DNA of 56,410 nucleotides from Octopus bimaculoides (Eukaryota), in contig NC_068988.1 of the NCBI RefSeq assembly GCF_001194135.2, positions 94,713,239-94,769,648 of the forward strand, given 5' to 3'. The notes under the pieces are model-generated. The model was not told the DNA's origin. It worked only from the letters and a program-made list of their open reading frames with translations, and ran no database searches. This document shows, in pieces, positions 37,446-52,033 of this stretch (positions are counted from its first letter, which is position 1; each line of letters starts with the position of its first letter). Position numbers and translations under genes: made by a program.

Positions 37446-39801
37446 ATTGACCAGTGTTTCCTTTTTCTCCCTGTATGAGCATTTAAACTTAACTGTTAAT
37501 GGTCACGGCATTAAGTATGCTAACTGGCTTTGTTTTCCACGCTGAATAATTTCTCACAAGAAGTTATTATCGAAATTATATTTTCACATCAGTTTGAGTA
37601 ATTTTCATATCATTTATTTAATGATTCTTTCATCACTAATGAAGCAAATACGTCGAAGGCCATGTTTCGCTAACGATGTTTAAGATCGGATATCCAGAAT
37701 TGTCTCCCCTCGACTACCATAATAATTTTTAAATATTCCTTATTCATTAACACAGTGTTTCCCCATACATAAATTAATGTAATTGCTTAATGCTCCCCGT
37801 ATTAATTTATTAACATTAACTTCTGTTTTTATGCCTATCACATTTCTAATTAAGTTTTCTAATTTCTACTCTAAAGTATTTATATAAAGTATACTTCATG
37901 CACGGTACGTTGCTGTTATTATGGAATAGTTCACCATAGTAACCACATTTCTCTTGTGTCTATCTTTTTCAGCGATTCTAGCAGATGTTGCAACTGTATT
38001 CAGTATTACATTTACATCTGTTGTAATATAAGTCATTTCAAGTTAGATCTTAACAGACATCTTTAGAAGGAAAACGCGTGAAAAAAAAAAATCTTGCGTT
38101 CTGGTTGTGGGATGGAATATGACAACAATGAATTGTATCGAAGGCGACAAAAAAACTTGGGATGGTCATCTGAAATGGAAGCGAGTAGTTGAACAGATGC
38201 TAACTAATAGAACTAAATCCATCAATCAAGAAGAAATAAATGCTTGTTAAAAATGATTTCAGATGAGAATAAAACACTTTATTGAACAGTTTTGAGGCCA
38301 TGACTTCTTTTTGCTCTTCCTCCTCCTCTTCTTCCCATTCCATTTATATTACACAACATACGTTCTCTTCCTTTCTCTCGTATCCTCTCCTTCATTAACT
38401 TTATTATTCTCCTCTATTCCATTCGGATTTTAGTTTCGTTTTTCTTTTTATTATTTTCATTTTTAGTTTTGTCTCCCTCATTTTTCGAAAGTATCCCCCC
38501 CCCCACTATGTGTCTTCCGCCTAACAGACGTTTCTCTTCGACTCTATTATCACTTTCTAGCGGTCACTGCCAGTACTTCTAGCAACGATTTAAAATAGAT
38601 TTGCAAACAAAAACAATTCGGGACAATTTTTTTTTCTTTTGTAAAAGATTGAACAAAAACAAACGTCTACATTTTTTTATATATATTTTCAATTATTTTC
38701 ATTTGTTGTATTTATTTATTGTTTGGTTTCACTGTTTAGACGCTGCATACAAATCCCATTTAGAGTGGCATTGTTATAGCGGGAATCACATCATATTGGA
38801 TTATCGACAAGGTCATCGCAATGATTACCTGTGAAACAATACCAACTCTATGCTATTTATTAGTTTTCCATGAGACGTCAGAACAGGTCGATGTTTCTGC
38901 TGAAATCCCTCTTGTTTGTTTTCTTTTTTTTTCCTTATATATATTTTCATGGTTTTCTTTTTATTTTTATTTTCGTGGATTCTACTCGACGTACCGCTCG
39001 CTTTTCACAACGCAACAACACAAATGACTTCTATTGGCAGACGCGTTGATAAAAGGATTATGGTCTCTAAATAAACTCTTCCGAAATATAAAGAAAATAC
39101 AGCAACACTAATTTGAAACATAAAAAAGCAATACATTCTTTTTCATTATGACCCCACCCCCCACTCCTCACTTTTGCTACGATCCAAAGTCTTTTCTCTT
39201 TGCTCACTTTCATATTTCTCTTTTCTAATCTACGCACTCATTCGATGAGTTGATATTTTCCCTCCTATCGCTTTACTAGCAGTTTGATTTATTTCCATCT
39301 TCTTCGGCTTCCTCTCATTATTCTTCATATGAAATACAACAAAATAACCTTGGCAACGTGTCACTGATCTGAAAAGGGTCAGAGCTTGTCACCTTATTTA
39401 AAGTCTTTTATATTTTTGTATTCTTAAGGCATTTGGCAGATAAAATATTTAGCGGGACGAATTTATGTCGATACTGAAAATGGCGTAAAACAAACAGATT
39501 CGGCGTCACAGTGATAGGTTTCAGACACAGTTACCAGTGACAATTACGTTACTATTTAGAAGGAGAAAGAGAGCGGTGTTCATAACCTCTGCGGTTTCTT
39601 CTTGGTAGGGGAAATCGATGTGACTGATATTCAGTCTTTCGATACCCGTATGAAGCCTGCAATTTAGAGGAAATGTTTAGTGTGATGAGAATATATGGAG
39701 AGGGGAGTATATTGGTTAGACTTACTATTTTAGAAGAGTACAAACAGTTATGATTATGATAAAGTAAACAAGTAAATAAGAATAACACATCGTTAGTTTT
39801 T

Positions 39802-39862
39802 GAACGTTGTGTTAATAACAAACAAGATGGGGACAAATATCCGTCAAACGTAAATAATTTAA
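39802..39862 (+). mobile_element. Hammerhead-bearing repeat, copy E (short 3' fragment)
   Basis: aacgttgtgttaataacaaacaagatggggacaaatatccgtcaaacgtaaataat matches copies B and C. Confidence 0.75.
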
Positions 39863-40559
39863 ATAGTCCAAAGAAATTTGTTCATAAAACCAGACTTCAT
39901 ACAATGGATTTAGTTTTGTATATCGGTAGATTTGTATTCTGGCTTCAACTTGAAAATTGAGAAGTTTTCAATCGTGTTTGAATCACAAAACAAACGAATC
40001 AGGTCAAACAGGAACCTAAAATATTTGAGAAAGCCTTTGCATTTATGATACTTGCAGAATTAATTCCCTATCATACCTAAATTTTGGGTGCCATATTGAC
40101 GATAAATCAAGTCCTCGAAAGAAGACTTCGTCAGAATTGTTTAAAACGTATCACAAACATCAGGCGGAGAGTTTTACACCTGACCAGAAGCTCTAAAAGA
40201 AGCTGGCTGCCTTGGTATGGAAGTTCACTTGATCAAATATCATATGTAATAGGTTAGCAATGTCGTCTGTTTTTTATCATTTCAAGTTTGCAAAGCAAAT
40301 TATTTATTGGGAATTGGTTTTCAAGAAACGCCCCCGGCTAGATTGTAAAAAGTAAACTTAAGTCGTTCGCATCGTTTACATAAAATTGGGGTCATTTTTA
40401 ATGAACTTCTCGACAAATTTCCGTGCACCAACTGAAAGAAAATACGAAGTCGGCATCAGGCAGTCACATAAGAGTTCATAGAAGGGAAGTTAACATACTT
40501 AATACAGGCAAACCATTATAGGACAATATGCTTACGCATGAAACATAGTTGACGGTAAT

Positions 40560-40967
40560 TACACACACGTACACACACACATTTATATATACATATATAT
40601 GGTCGCACACACATATAAATACATAAGCATATATGTGTGTGTATGCGTGCATGCGTACGTGTGTGTGTATGTATTGCATATACTGTACAAACTCAATATT
40701 TTTTCCTTCCACATCCATTCATAGAAATAAACGTTTGAATATATACATACATGCATATATATATATGTATATGTGTGTGCGCGCGCACAAACGCACACAC
40801 AAACACACAGAGATAGTGATACACACATACACACAGACATTTATACATGCATGCGTACACACAACTACTTTACACACACAGATACAAACACATGCATGCA
40901 CACCTATACACAACTACAGACATATATGCAAACATGCTCTCTCTCTCTCTCTCTCTCTCTCAGTCAT

Positions 40968-41007
<40 letters not shown>

Positions 41008-41017
41008 NNNNNNNNNN

Positions 41018-41059
<42 letters not shown>

Positions 41060-41845
41060 CTCTCGTCAACGGACACCGTCCATTTTTGTGATTAAAGCCG
41101 AAGCATTAAATTCGATATAATTACTAAAACTTCGTTCTTTCCAATGGAAATCGTTAAGTAAAAATCTCTCCTAAAAAGCCCAAGAATCTCGAAGCGGTTC
41201 TTTCTATAAGCAACGATATAAATAGTGTATGGAAAGAAATCTGAGGTGGTTGGCTTTGTAAAACATTCCGCGCCACTACAGTTCTTAAATGTCGCGAACC
41301 TAATGTAATGTGACAAACGTATGTGACATTCATTATCATAGAAGGAAATGTTGCAGAAAATTACTATTTTAGAGAAATGGATGTTGTTATAAAGAGGCAA
41401 AATGAGAATCAGATCTTTTGCAAACGTCGAATTTTCCTTCAATGCATTCTGATCCTTATGTTGCAAAACATATCTGTGTGTGTGTTTGTGTACACATACA
41501 CGTATGTATGTATGTATGTGTAGGAGAGTAAGTACGTGCGTATGTATATATTTATGTATACATGTGTGTATGTGCGTGTGTGAGTCTGCATGCGTGTATG
41601 CGTGTATGCGTGCACGTCTGTAATGTGTGTGCGTATTTAAACGCTATGGGTTTTATCAGTTTTCATCGAACCTTCTTTCATAGAAAGCGACAAGTTTATA
41701 ATTGAACGACCTCACGATTTCTCTCGCCCAACCCCCGCCCCGACAAATACTTGAGTTGAAATCGATAGTGGAGTGGAATAGTGAACTGTCTGGGTAGAAT
41801 ATCCGAATACCTCCTTCCAACGAACGTCCTGTGAGTTTATATGTG

Positions 41846-41917
<72 letters not shown>

Positions 41918-42410
41918 GACTGAGAGACATACATACATACATACATACATACGTACACACATACAGCGAAGGACACGAAGTGAAAAACAATGAAAGAGAC
42001 GTACAAGCTGTCAATAAACGAATATATATATATATAGACACACACAGATATATATATATATATATATATATATTCATTTGTGTATATATATTCACGTGTG
42101 TGAAGTATGTTGGTACACATATATGAGGTAGTGCACGTGGACAAAAGCATATCGACATGAGATATATATGTTTACATATTTATATTTATGGATCTTCTAC
42201 TTACGCATGTGTTTGTCTTTGTGTGCGTGTGTGTGTGTGTGCGCGCTCGATTGTGTATGTGTGATGCCCGTGTATTAATTAATAACCAACAAACAACATC
42301 CAGTCCGACATATACACAACATTCTACCGAAAACGGAGTCAGGTACACAATATATAAATATATAAATATATAATATATAAATATATAAATATATAAATAT
42401 ATAAATATAC
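40560..42410. repeat. Microsatellite-rich region including (CT)n, (TA)(GA)n and 8-bp tandem ATATAAAT
   Basis: Directly visible; ATATAAAT tandem at about 42350-42407. Confidence 0.9.
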
Positions 42411-42480
42411 ATACGTCCGTCTAAATTTCCTTTGTGATACAGATATATACGCATACAGGAATACGCAGAAAATTACGTAA

Positions 42481-43624
42481 TAGAATGAAAAATGCCGTAG
42501 TTCAATGAAAAATGCGAGCGCAGAGCCGTAGAATATTCTTAAGTATTCTTCTATATTCTAGGCACAAGGGCCGAAATTTGGTGGGAGGGGGCCAGTCGAT
42601 TCGATCATCTCTAGTACGCCGAAAGGCAAAGTCGACATCGATAAAATTTGAAATCAGAACGTAAAGACAGACGAAATACCCGGTAAGCATTTAGCCCGGC
42701 GTGCTAACGATTCTACCAGCTCACCACCTTAGAATATTCTTAGAACATGGAAAAGTACAGAAGAAGCGATAATTAAGCCTGGAAAAGTATAGATCAAGGA
42801 GAAAATCAAAATTAATATATCACCGCAGAAGTTAAAAAGTTTAAACTAAAATAGTAAGAAGTTCCTTTTTTATATTTCTTTTTTTATTTTCACTTAAAAG
42901 TTTAAATTGAAATACTCAAGATGTTATTTATCTTCAGTTTTAGTGAAAAGACTAGCTGCCTGCAAATTTACGCATGAAAAATATTTTACAAATTTATATA
43001 TTCAAAAACTACAAAACAGTAATTTAAGCAAAATTTTTCATTATAACTCGTAAGTTTTATAAGAAAATCTAGAGTCGTATCTATATGTAACACTCAATTT
43101 GTTCATTAGCTTTCATTTTTTTAAATATTTTTCTAACTGTAAATAGAAAATATTGTGTTACCTGATAATGCAAACTTTAAAGAAATTAATTCTTTTGTTT
43201 CTTTAAAAATTTTATTTTTTACTGACCTGTACTCTTTTGAATTACATACACTCCACATGAGTTTAATTTTAGAACACAATATTTGTGATATCAAATTTTG
43301 AGCTAATGAGTTTTGTTCAGAAAATAGCATTAAAAAAACCAATACAATTCTAAAAATAAGGCAGATATGGTCTAGCTTAATACAAAGAAATTTTTAAATA
43401 AAATTATTGATTTAAATTTTCAAGATTGAAAAGAAAAGCATAAGAGCAATAAAGCAGTACACATAATATTTGATGAGCAATTTCAGAAATTTATTTAGCA
43501 AATTCTAACTTCAGCAGCAATTTTACTAAGTTTTATTTTCTTCTTGTCCTCTATTTTTCTGTACTTTTCTGGGTTCTGTACTTTTCCGGGTTCAATACTT
43601 CATGCGCCCGCATTTTTCATTCTA
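42481..43624. mobile_element. Unclassified AT-rich element with long imperfect inverted repeats (SINE inserted in the left arm)
   Basis: tagaatgaaaaatgc (42481-42495) is a perfect inverted copy of gcatttttcattcta (43610-43624). Inward, both arms carry GAAAAGTACAG-like motifs (42750, 42781 on +; 43557-43587 on -). No TSD seen, so the ends are uncertain. Confidence 0.6.
42542..42729 (-). mobile_element. SINE group A nested in the inverted-repeat element, 13-bp TSD
   Basis: tagaatattctta at 42529-42541 and 42730-42742. Confidence 0.9.
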
Positions 43625-44032
43625 GTCCGCTTTTTACCAGCAACTCTTCTATAATTATAATTAATTATATTTACCTTTATAATTGAAATAATGATAATGT
43701 TGTAAATAATTTTTAACTACAGATTTTGTTCAAACTTAGAAATTTTCTTTGCCTAAATATAACACAGGATTAATAGCAACATATCAGGTATAAATAAATA
43801 TGTTTTTAACCTATAAAATAATGTTATATTCTAATTAAATAATTAAGAATTACATTTTTAATGAGCGAATTGTTTTCATTTTGAAAAGTTTTTAATATGC
43901 ACATATTTTAATACATGAACAGAATAATACATATTAATATTAAATCGCGAAAAAAGTCACAACTTCTTTTAAACTTAATGTTTTTTAGATGAGGTTTTCT
44001 CCAAAATATTCGTCTCGATAAACCCGAGTCTT

Positions 44033-44092
44033 GAGCAGAAGACACTTGGTTAAGGTCTCATGCAGTGGGATGAAACCCGGAATTGAAAGCCA
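44033..44092 (-). mobile_element. SINE group B head fragment
   Basis: gcagaagacacttggttaaggtctcatgcagtgggatgaaacccgga is the reverse complement of the head at 54095-54145. Confidence 0.7.
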
Positions 44093-44249
44093 AAATGGAA
44101 ACTGCAATCCGCCTCATCACCTCGTTTTTCTATTTACTGCACAACTTTTGGTCGTACAAAATATAAAAATTAACAGACGTCATGTCTTTATTTTCTCTTT
44201 TTTCCACCTCTGGGTACACGATATGTAAGAAATTTTAGTGTTTGTGTAT

Positions 44250-44520
44250 CTCTCTTATTTCTTTATCTTCTGCTTGTTTCAGTCATTAGACTGCGACCAG
44301 GCTGGGGTCAGCAACATGAAGAATTTTAATTGACACAAATACTTTTGTCGTTCTTCTTTTATCGCATCATTTTGCCGAACCGCTCATGTTACCGAGACGG
44401 AAACACATCAACACCGGTTGTCGAGCAGTCTTGGAGGACATAAGTAGACACACACACACATAGATACATACGCATATACATACATACATACATATATATA
44501 TATATATGTGTGTATGTATA
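44250..44520 (-). mobile_element. SINE group B, diverged 3' half plus microsatellite
   Basis: cttgtttcagtcattagactgcgacc...tttgccgaaccgctcatgttaccgagacggaaacacatcaacaccggttgtcgagc followed by (CA)/(TA) repeats. Confidence 0.8.
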
Positions 44521-44668
44521 TTGTTGTACTTGGGGATGGTCATATTGCCAGTTTAGCCAATAAAAACACACGCACTGTATATTTGGTGTTAATTTGCTTC
44601 AGCTTTATATTACATTATATTACATTAATCCTATTTCGGCCAGAGTTCTTTCGTCACACTTCCTGCAA

Positions 44669-44707
<39 letters not shown>

Positions 44708-45254
44708 GTATGTGTATGTGTGTGCGTATGGGGGTAGTTGGACATATTTGAAGTATTCCACTAGTTAACCCTCGGCTCTATTAATAATTACCGGTTGTTA
44801 GTCTCCTAGTCTGGTCGTGTCTGTAATAAACAAGTTTTGCGAATCAAGCAGATAGAAATCTGCGACAGAAGGCGATATTCGTTGACCTTACATGGTTAGT
44901 TAGCCGTCGAGTTTAGAAGCAACGGTAATTATTTGATTGGAAGGACAAGATAATAAAGCTAACCTAACTCAAGCTAATCGATAATCGAACGACTAATATT
45001 TATACTTAGAACTGTTTAACCTCAACATTTATATTTTATTATTTACACCTGACGTTGAGTGTTACCTTTAATCTTTGTGTGACAGGTTTTCATCTCACCC
45101 CTTTCAAACCGTTCCACTTGCGACTGATGCATAGCCATTAAAGATCACAGGCAATCAAGTGGTTTATATATTTTTTATTCCTCAGCCCATTCAACCGTCA
45201 TCTTTTTCGTCATATACCTTGCTACTCTCATAATATCTCCCATCTCTAGCATAT

Positions 45255-45810
45255 ATGTGTATGTTGCATATATATATATATATGTATATATANNNNNNNN
45301 NNNNNNNNNNNNNNNNNNNNNNNNNNNNNNNNNNNNNNNNNNNNNNNNNNNNNNNNNNNNNNNNNNNNNNNNNNNNNNNNNNNNNNNNNNNNNNNNNNNN
45401 NNNNNNNNNNNNNNNNNNNNNNNNNNNNNNNNNNNNNNNNNNNNNNNNNNNNNNNNNNNNNNNNNNNNNNNNNNNNNNNNNNNNNNNNNNNNNNNNNNNN
45501 NNNNNNNNNNNNNNNNNNNNNNNNNNNNNNNNNNNNNNNNNNNNNNNNNNNNNNNNNNNNNNNNNNNNNNNNNNNNNNNNNNNNNNNNNNNNNNNNNNNN
45601 NNNNNNNNNNNNNNNNNNNNNNNNNNNNNNNNNNNNNNNNNNNNNNNNNNNNNNNNNNNNNNNNNNNNNNNNNNNNNNNNNNNNNNNNNNNNNNNNNNNN
45701 NNNNNNNNNNNNNNNNNNNNNNNNNNNNNNNNNNNNNNNNNNNNNNNNNNNNNNNNNNNNNNNNNNNNNNNNNNNNNNNNNNNNNNTATATATATATATG
45801 TATGTATGTA

Positions 45811-45846
<36 letters not shown>

Positions 45847-46197
45847 TGTATGTATGTATGTATGTATGTATGTATAAAGTAATTTTATGTTAGCCCTTGA
45901 TGCAGAAATACTACAAATATGGCGGTGCGGATATCTGCTGAATATGTCGAAAAGTCTCAATGTAGAGGCCAATGAAGGTTCTAGGCTCTCACATTTAACT
46001 TTTTAGCTGCATATACTCCGATTTATTATTATATCTGTATTTTTTTTATCTGTTAATCTAACGAGAAATTTATTTATCGCGGTATCTTTATGTACCTATA
46101 TCCCTCTTATTAATCACACATGCTTTATTCCTGGCAATCACTCTGCTTCTCTTTCCTTCTCTCTGTGTATACATATATATATACACACATATATATA

Positions 46198-46277
<80 letters not shown>

Positions 46278-46289
46278 GAGATAGATATT

Positions 46290-46340
<51 letters not shown>

Positions 46341-47237
46341 TTATATATATATATAGGTATATATATCATGTAAGCATTTATATATTATATGTATGTGTGT
46401 ATGTGTGATGCATTTGTGTATGTATATAGACATATATATATTTATGCGTACATTACAAGAAATACATATACATAGATATATGTATACTTATGGTGGTGTT
46501 ATACATGCGTACACAAAAAAAAGATAACGATTCACAAATAGAATGAAAAGCGCCTTGTATATACGTGTACGTATGTATCCATACATCGATACGTATATGA
46601 ATATATACGTACATACATACGTACATACGTACATACATGCATACATACATATATGCATACAGATGTATATACTTAAATACTTGTATATGTACATATGTAT
46701 AAACACGACTACAATATACGCGTCTAAATTCCAACGAAACAACCTTATATTAGGGTTGGAAACCAATTCTTTCCCCGTTGGTAAGAAATATAGAAATAAA
46801 ACGACAACCTAGCCATAACTTGCCTTTCACGCAAACTCTTTCTTCCATTCTCGTGGTCAGTCATTTTTTTTCTCGGTCTTTCTAAGCAATCTAACACATC
46901 ACAACTTTCAAAACCTTTCATTTGTCCTTCTCCGTGCTTTGTGTCGCATTTTCTTTCATGTTTCTGTCTACCAATAAATTAGCGAAGGTGTGTGCCTACA
47001 GTTCCCTGCTTAGCCAAGCGACCAAATGTTTATAAACATTGTGACACGGGTAGATAGACCTCGACAATAAGGAACGTGCAACAGCAACCTATTAAAACAA
47101 ATTACGTTCGGAAATCTATTTTATTTTTCACTCTAAACCTATTTTTTTGTATAGAGTGCGCAGTTCCTCTTTTTTTCTTTGATTCTTTATACATATATGC
47201 GTACACAGATACTTACACACACACACATACATACACA

Positions 47238-47295
<58 letters not shown>

Positions 47296-48428
47296 TATGT
47301 ATGAATATTCGTACAAACGTGTAATATGTATGTGTACGTATCTTCAGGATATTATGTATACATACACATATGTATGCATATATATGTGCGTGCGTGTGTG
47401 CGTGTGTGTGTGGCGTGTGTGTGTGTGCACGTGTGTGTATAAATGTAGGTGTATATGCGTGTATATATACATATATATGTATGTATATACATGTATATGA
47501 GTATATATGTGTGAGGAGATATGTGTGTATTCCTTTTGCCATCATCAATGGATATGACAGACAGGTTGTTTAGCCACTACATTCTTCTACTGCCTTGAGA
47601 TGAAAATAGCTGTCAAAGAGAAGAAATATCTCGGGAACATTGGCCCCATCCCCACCCCCACCCAACCTTCTTGTTCTCACAGTACACCACTCATTGTTCT
47701 GAAAATCTATTAACCACAAATTTCTTATTGCCGTCACCAGAGAACAAAACAGATAGCTGTGGAGGTCATAAAGGTGCTCGTGGTGCAAAAGCTGAAGGAA
47801 CTCGGAGAGGAGTATCCCTTATNNNNNNNNNNNNNNNNNNNNNNNNNNNNNNNNNNNNNNNNNNNNNNNNNNNNNNNNNNNNNNNNNNNNNNNNNNNNNN
47901 NNNNNNNNNNNNNNNNNNNNNNNNNNNNNNNNNNNNNNNNNNNNNNNNNNNNNNNNNNNNNNNNNNNNNNNNNNNNNNNNNNNNNNNNNNNNNNNNNNNN
48001 NNNNNNNNNNNNNNNNNNNNNNNNNNNNNNNNNNNNNNNNNNNNNNNNNNNNNNNNNNNNNNNNNNNNNNNNNNNNNNNNNNNNNNNNNNNNNNNNNNNN
48101 NNNNNNNNNNNNNNNNNNNNNNNNNNNNNNNNNNNNNNNNNNNNNNNNNNNNNNNNNNNNNNNNNNNNNNNNNNNNNNNNNNNNNNNNNNNNNNNNNNNN
48201 NNNNNNNNNNNNNNNNNNNNNNNNNNNNNNNNNNNNNNNNNNNNNNNNNNNNNNNNNNNNNNNNNNNNNNNNNNNNNNNNNNNNNNNNNNNNNNNNNNNN
48301 NNNNNNNNNNNNNNNNNNNNNNNNNNNNNNNNNNNNNNNNNNNNNNNNNNNNNNNNNNNNNNNNNNNNNNNNNNNNNNNNNNNNNNNNNNNNNNNNNNNN
48401 NNNNNNNNNNNNNNNNNNNNNNNNNNNN

Positions 48429-48481
<53 letters not shown>

Positions 48482-48609
48482 CATGTATGTATATATGTGT
48501 CTGTGCTTGTCCCTTCACAATCTCTTGACAACCGATATTGAAGATAGATAAATAGACAGGCAGACAGATAGGTAGATAGTGAGATGGATAGATAGAAAGA
48601 CAGACAGAC

Positions 48610-48644
<35 letters not shown>

Positions 48645-49002
48645 AGGACAGACAGCTAGATAGACAGACAGACACTCAGACAGATAAATAGACAGTTAGA
48701 CAGTTTTCGTGAAGAATTACCTAGCAGTTTCTTGTTTCCTTCCAAAATAAATTTGCCAGACATAAACACACACATATAACTAGAGAGAGGGGGGAGGGAG
48801 AGAGATAGAGTGCGTGGGTGTGCGAGCGGGCGTGTATGCATGTACGCGTGAGTGTGCGCGTGTGTGTGTGTACATTGTGTTTGGGTGTGTCTGTGTCCTG
48901 CGTATTGTGTGCATCTATACAGCCATAAAATTCTCTAGTACAATATATTCAATTTCTGTTTCACTTTATGATTATTTGCTGTCTTTATTCATGAGATATA
49001 AA

Positions 49003-49071
<69 letters not shown>

Positions 49072-49908
49072 NNNNNNNNNNNNNNNNNNNNNNNNNNNNN
49101 NNNNNNNNNNNNNNNNNNNNNNNNNNNNNNNNNNNNNNNNNNNNNNNNNNNNNNNNNNNNNNNNNNNNNNNNNNNNNNNNNNNNNNNNNNNNNNNNNNNN
49201 NNNNNNNNNNNNNNNNNNNNNNNNNNNNNNNNNNNNNNNNNNNNNNNNNNNNNNNNNNNNNNNNNNNNNNNNNNNNNNNNNNNNNNNNNNNNNNNNNNNN
49301 NNNNNNNNNNNNNNNNNNNNNNNNNNNNNNNNNNNNNNNNNNNNNNNNNNNNNNNNNNNNNNNNNNNNNNNNNNNNNNNNNNNNNNNNNNNNNNNNNNNN
49401 NNNNNNNNNNNNNNNNNNNNNNNNNNNNNNNNNNNNNNNNNNNNNNNNNNNNNNNNNNNNNNNNNNNNNNNNNNNNNNNNNNNNNNNNNNNNNNNNNNNN
49501 NNNNNNNNNNNNNNNNNNNNNNNNNNNNNNNNNNNNNNNNNNNNNNNNNNNNNNNNNNNNNNNNNNNNNNNNNNNNNNNNNNNNNNNNNNNNNNNNNNNN
49601 NNNNNNNNNNNNNNNNNNNNNNNNNNNNNNNNNNNNNNNNNNNNNNNNNNNNNNNNNNNNNNNNNNNNNNNNNNNNNNNNNNNNNNNNNNNNNNNNNNNN
49701 NNNNNNNNNNNNNNNNNNNNNNNNNNNNNNNNNNNNNNNNNNNNNNNNNNNNNNNNNNNNNNNNNNNNNNNNNNNNNNNNNNNNNNNNNNNNNNNNNNNN
49801 NNNNNNNNNNNNNNNNNNNNNNNNNNNNNNNNNNNNNNNNNNNNNNNNNNNNNNNNNNNNNNNNNNNNNNNNNNNNNNNNNNNNNNNNNNNNNNNNNNNN
49901 NNNNNNNN

Positions 49909-49935
<27 letters not shown>
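45255..49935. repeat. Microsatellite-rich, gap-rich region: (TA), (TATG), (GATA), (GACA), (TG)
   Basis: Directly visible; three large gaps inside. Confidence 0.9.
48430..48540 (+). mobile_element. SINE group B middle fragment emerging from a gap
   Basis: Microsatellite then gtctgtgcttgtcccttcacaatctcttgacaaccgat, matching 54263-54300. Confidence 0.6.
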
Positions 49936-49940
<5 letters not shown>

Positions 49941-50827
49941 GTTGAAGAGGAAAACAAACTTTAAGGCAAGGCAAACATCCCAAGTCATATACATTATTAA
50001 TTATTATTGAAAAAATATTCAAAATCTTACAGGTGTTTGTGGGATATCCTATAGTATGGATATTCTGTCATCGGAATATTTATAATATCAGGACTTTAAC
50101 CCACCTGATATATAAATTGTTTATATTATTTGATCAAAACAATGCAAGTTATAAAAGTAGTAATTGTGGATGGTTTTTACCTGGGATTTCAATATTTCAA
50201 GGTTAGGAATCATTGCAAAAAAGGCGTTGTTAGCAGGCTAAATATTATAGCAAAAACTATTATAATAATTACATTGATCAATACATTGTAAATGAAAATG
50301 GATGGAAAGAAACTGTGCAGATGACAAGCATCCATACATTGATAAGGACTACATGTTTTCATAAACACATGTCGACACTCGCATGCACCATGCATGTGTG
50401 AGTGTCTGTCAGCGTGCGGTGGGAAACCTGCGTAAAATTACACAGCAATGTTCACATCCGATTGTGTCCTGTTCCCTTCCGCTGATGAACACATCACATT
50501 TAATATTCTATAAGAATGTTATAAATCAGACGAACGCATCCTAGCTCATAATCATTGAGTAAAATCCTCGGTGATGATGCTCCAGTATGGTAGCACTGCA
50601 GGGACATAGACTAGCAGCAGAATAAACGGATTTAGCAAATCACAAGTTGGATATGGTACATAATGTAGCTCAATTTATTGTTTCTACATTTTTTCAGTTT
50701 ATATAAAGTCAGATTCGATGTGTACAGCTTGTACATACTTTCACAGCGTATAATACTGCAATTTAGTTAAAGATGGCTTAACAGAACCACATTTTGCTTC
50801 TTAACCATTCTTTATTTCAATCCCCCA

Positions 50828-50886
<59 letters not shown>

Positions 50887-50896
50887 NNNNNNNNNN

Positions 50897-50932
<36 letters not shown>

Positions 50933-51950
50933 TACACATATTCCAGTTTCCTCTTTTCGCTTTCCATTTAGTTGTTTTGACATTTCAGCTCAAAGGAATC
51001 ATTACAAGTCATTTCTTTCCTTCTCGTTATAATATTAGAATCTTCCACCCTCCACCCGCCACCACATCATAAGTGGCCTCTCTATCCTCGCTCGCCCCCT
51101 CTCACACTCTTGCTGACCATATGTATGAACTGCTCCTCTCATTACATCCTCATCTCACTCTCTCCTTGGCTCTTCCTCTGTCTTACTTAACGACCTCAGA
51201 CACTAACGCATTCATCCCAACTTATTACATATGATATTCAACGAATAACAACCAAGGAATACTCTTTCCTATTATTCTTTGTTTTCTCTTCTGTCCAATA
51301 TGTTAGCCATGCTATGACACATCCATTTCAGGTAGGATACATCATGTAATTCGATAGTTTATTACATACGTGTGCGTTTGTGTGTCTATGTGCGTGCGCG
51401 TGTGTTTGTATGAGTGTGTTTGTGCGTTTGTGTGTATGTCTGTGTGTGGCTGTGTGTGCCTGTGGAATTTCCACGCTACCATAGGTTTCATACTTAACGT
51501 CACAATTATCAAGCTTTCCACATAAAAATACCTGAAATCCATTTCTGTTTTGAAACATGACTATGAGAGGGCACAAGCAACTTAAAGGGGTTTCAAATGG
51601 TGTTTGTGGTATGGAGTAAGGTATAAGGGGGTAAACTCATATAGGGACGTCTTTAGTTCTTATTTGCCTTGAGTTGGACTTAATTCTTAGAAAGTAGTGA
51701 GATTATATATACATGCACACACAAACACACATAGATTCATGTATGTTTGAATGTATGCATGTTTTTAATCATTCGAGTTCTTATACATATATTGGAAAAA
51801 AAAACGTTTTAACTGAGGAAAGTTCACGTAATGGATTCATGTATTACGCAAACTGAAACGTACGTATTAAATGACTTCAAAATATCACTATTTAGTTTGA
51901 CTCCATCTCTACAACTTGTGTGTGTGTGTGCATATGTGTGCGGCTCCGAC

Positions 51951-51968
51951 TATTATTATTATTATTAT

Positions 51969-52033
<65 letters not shown>

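Noticed and set aside
37981-38022. Hairpin agcagatgt…acatctgtt as a possible pre-miRNA
   Set aside because: Only about 9 bp of contiguous stem and a poorly paired interior; no known mature miRNA recognised.
41092-41466. 124-aa minus ORF in non-repetitive DNA
   Set aside because: No motif or splice support. A rough estimate shows about one stop-free run of this length is expected by chance in six frames of this much sequence.
47759-47822. Protein-like VEVIKVLVVQKLKELGEEYP before a gap
   Set aside because: Only about 20 codons, no homology recognised, and the ORF length is a gap artefact.
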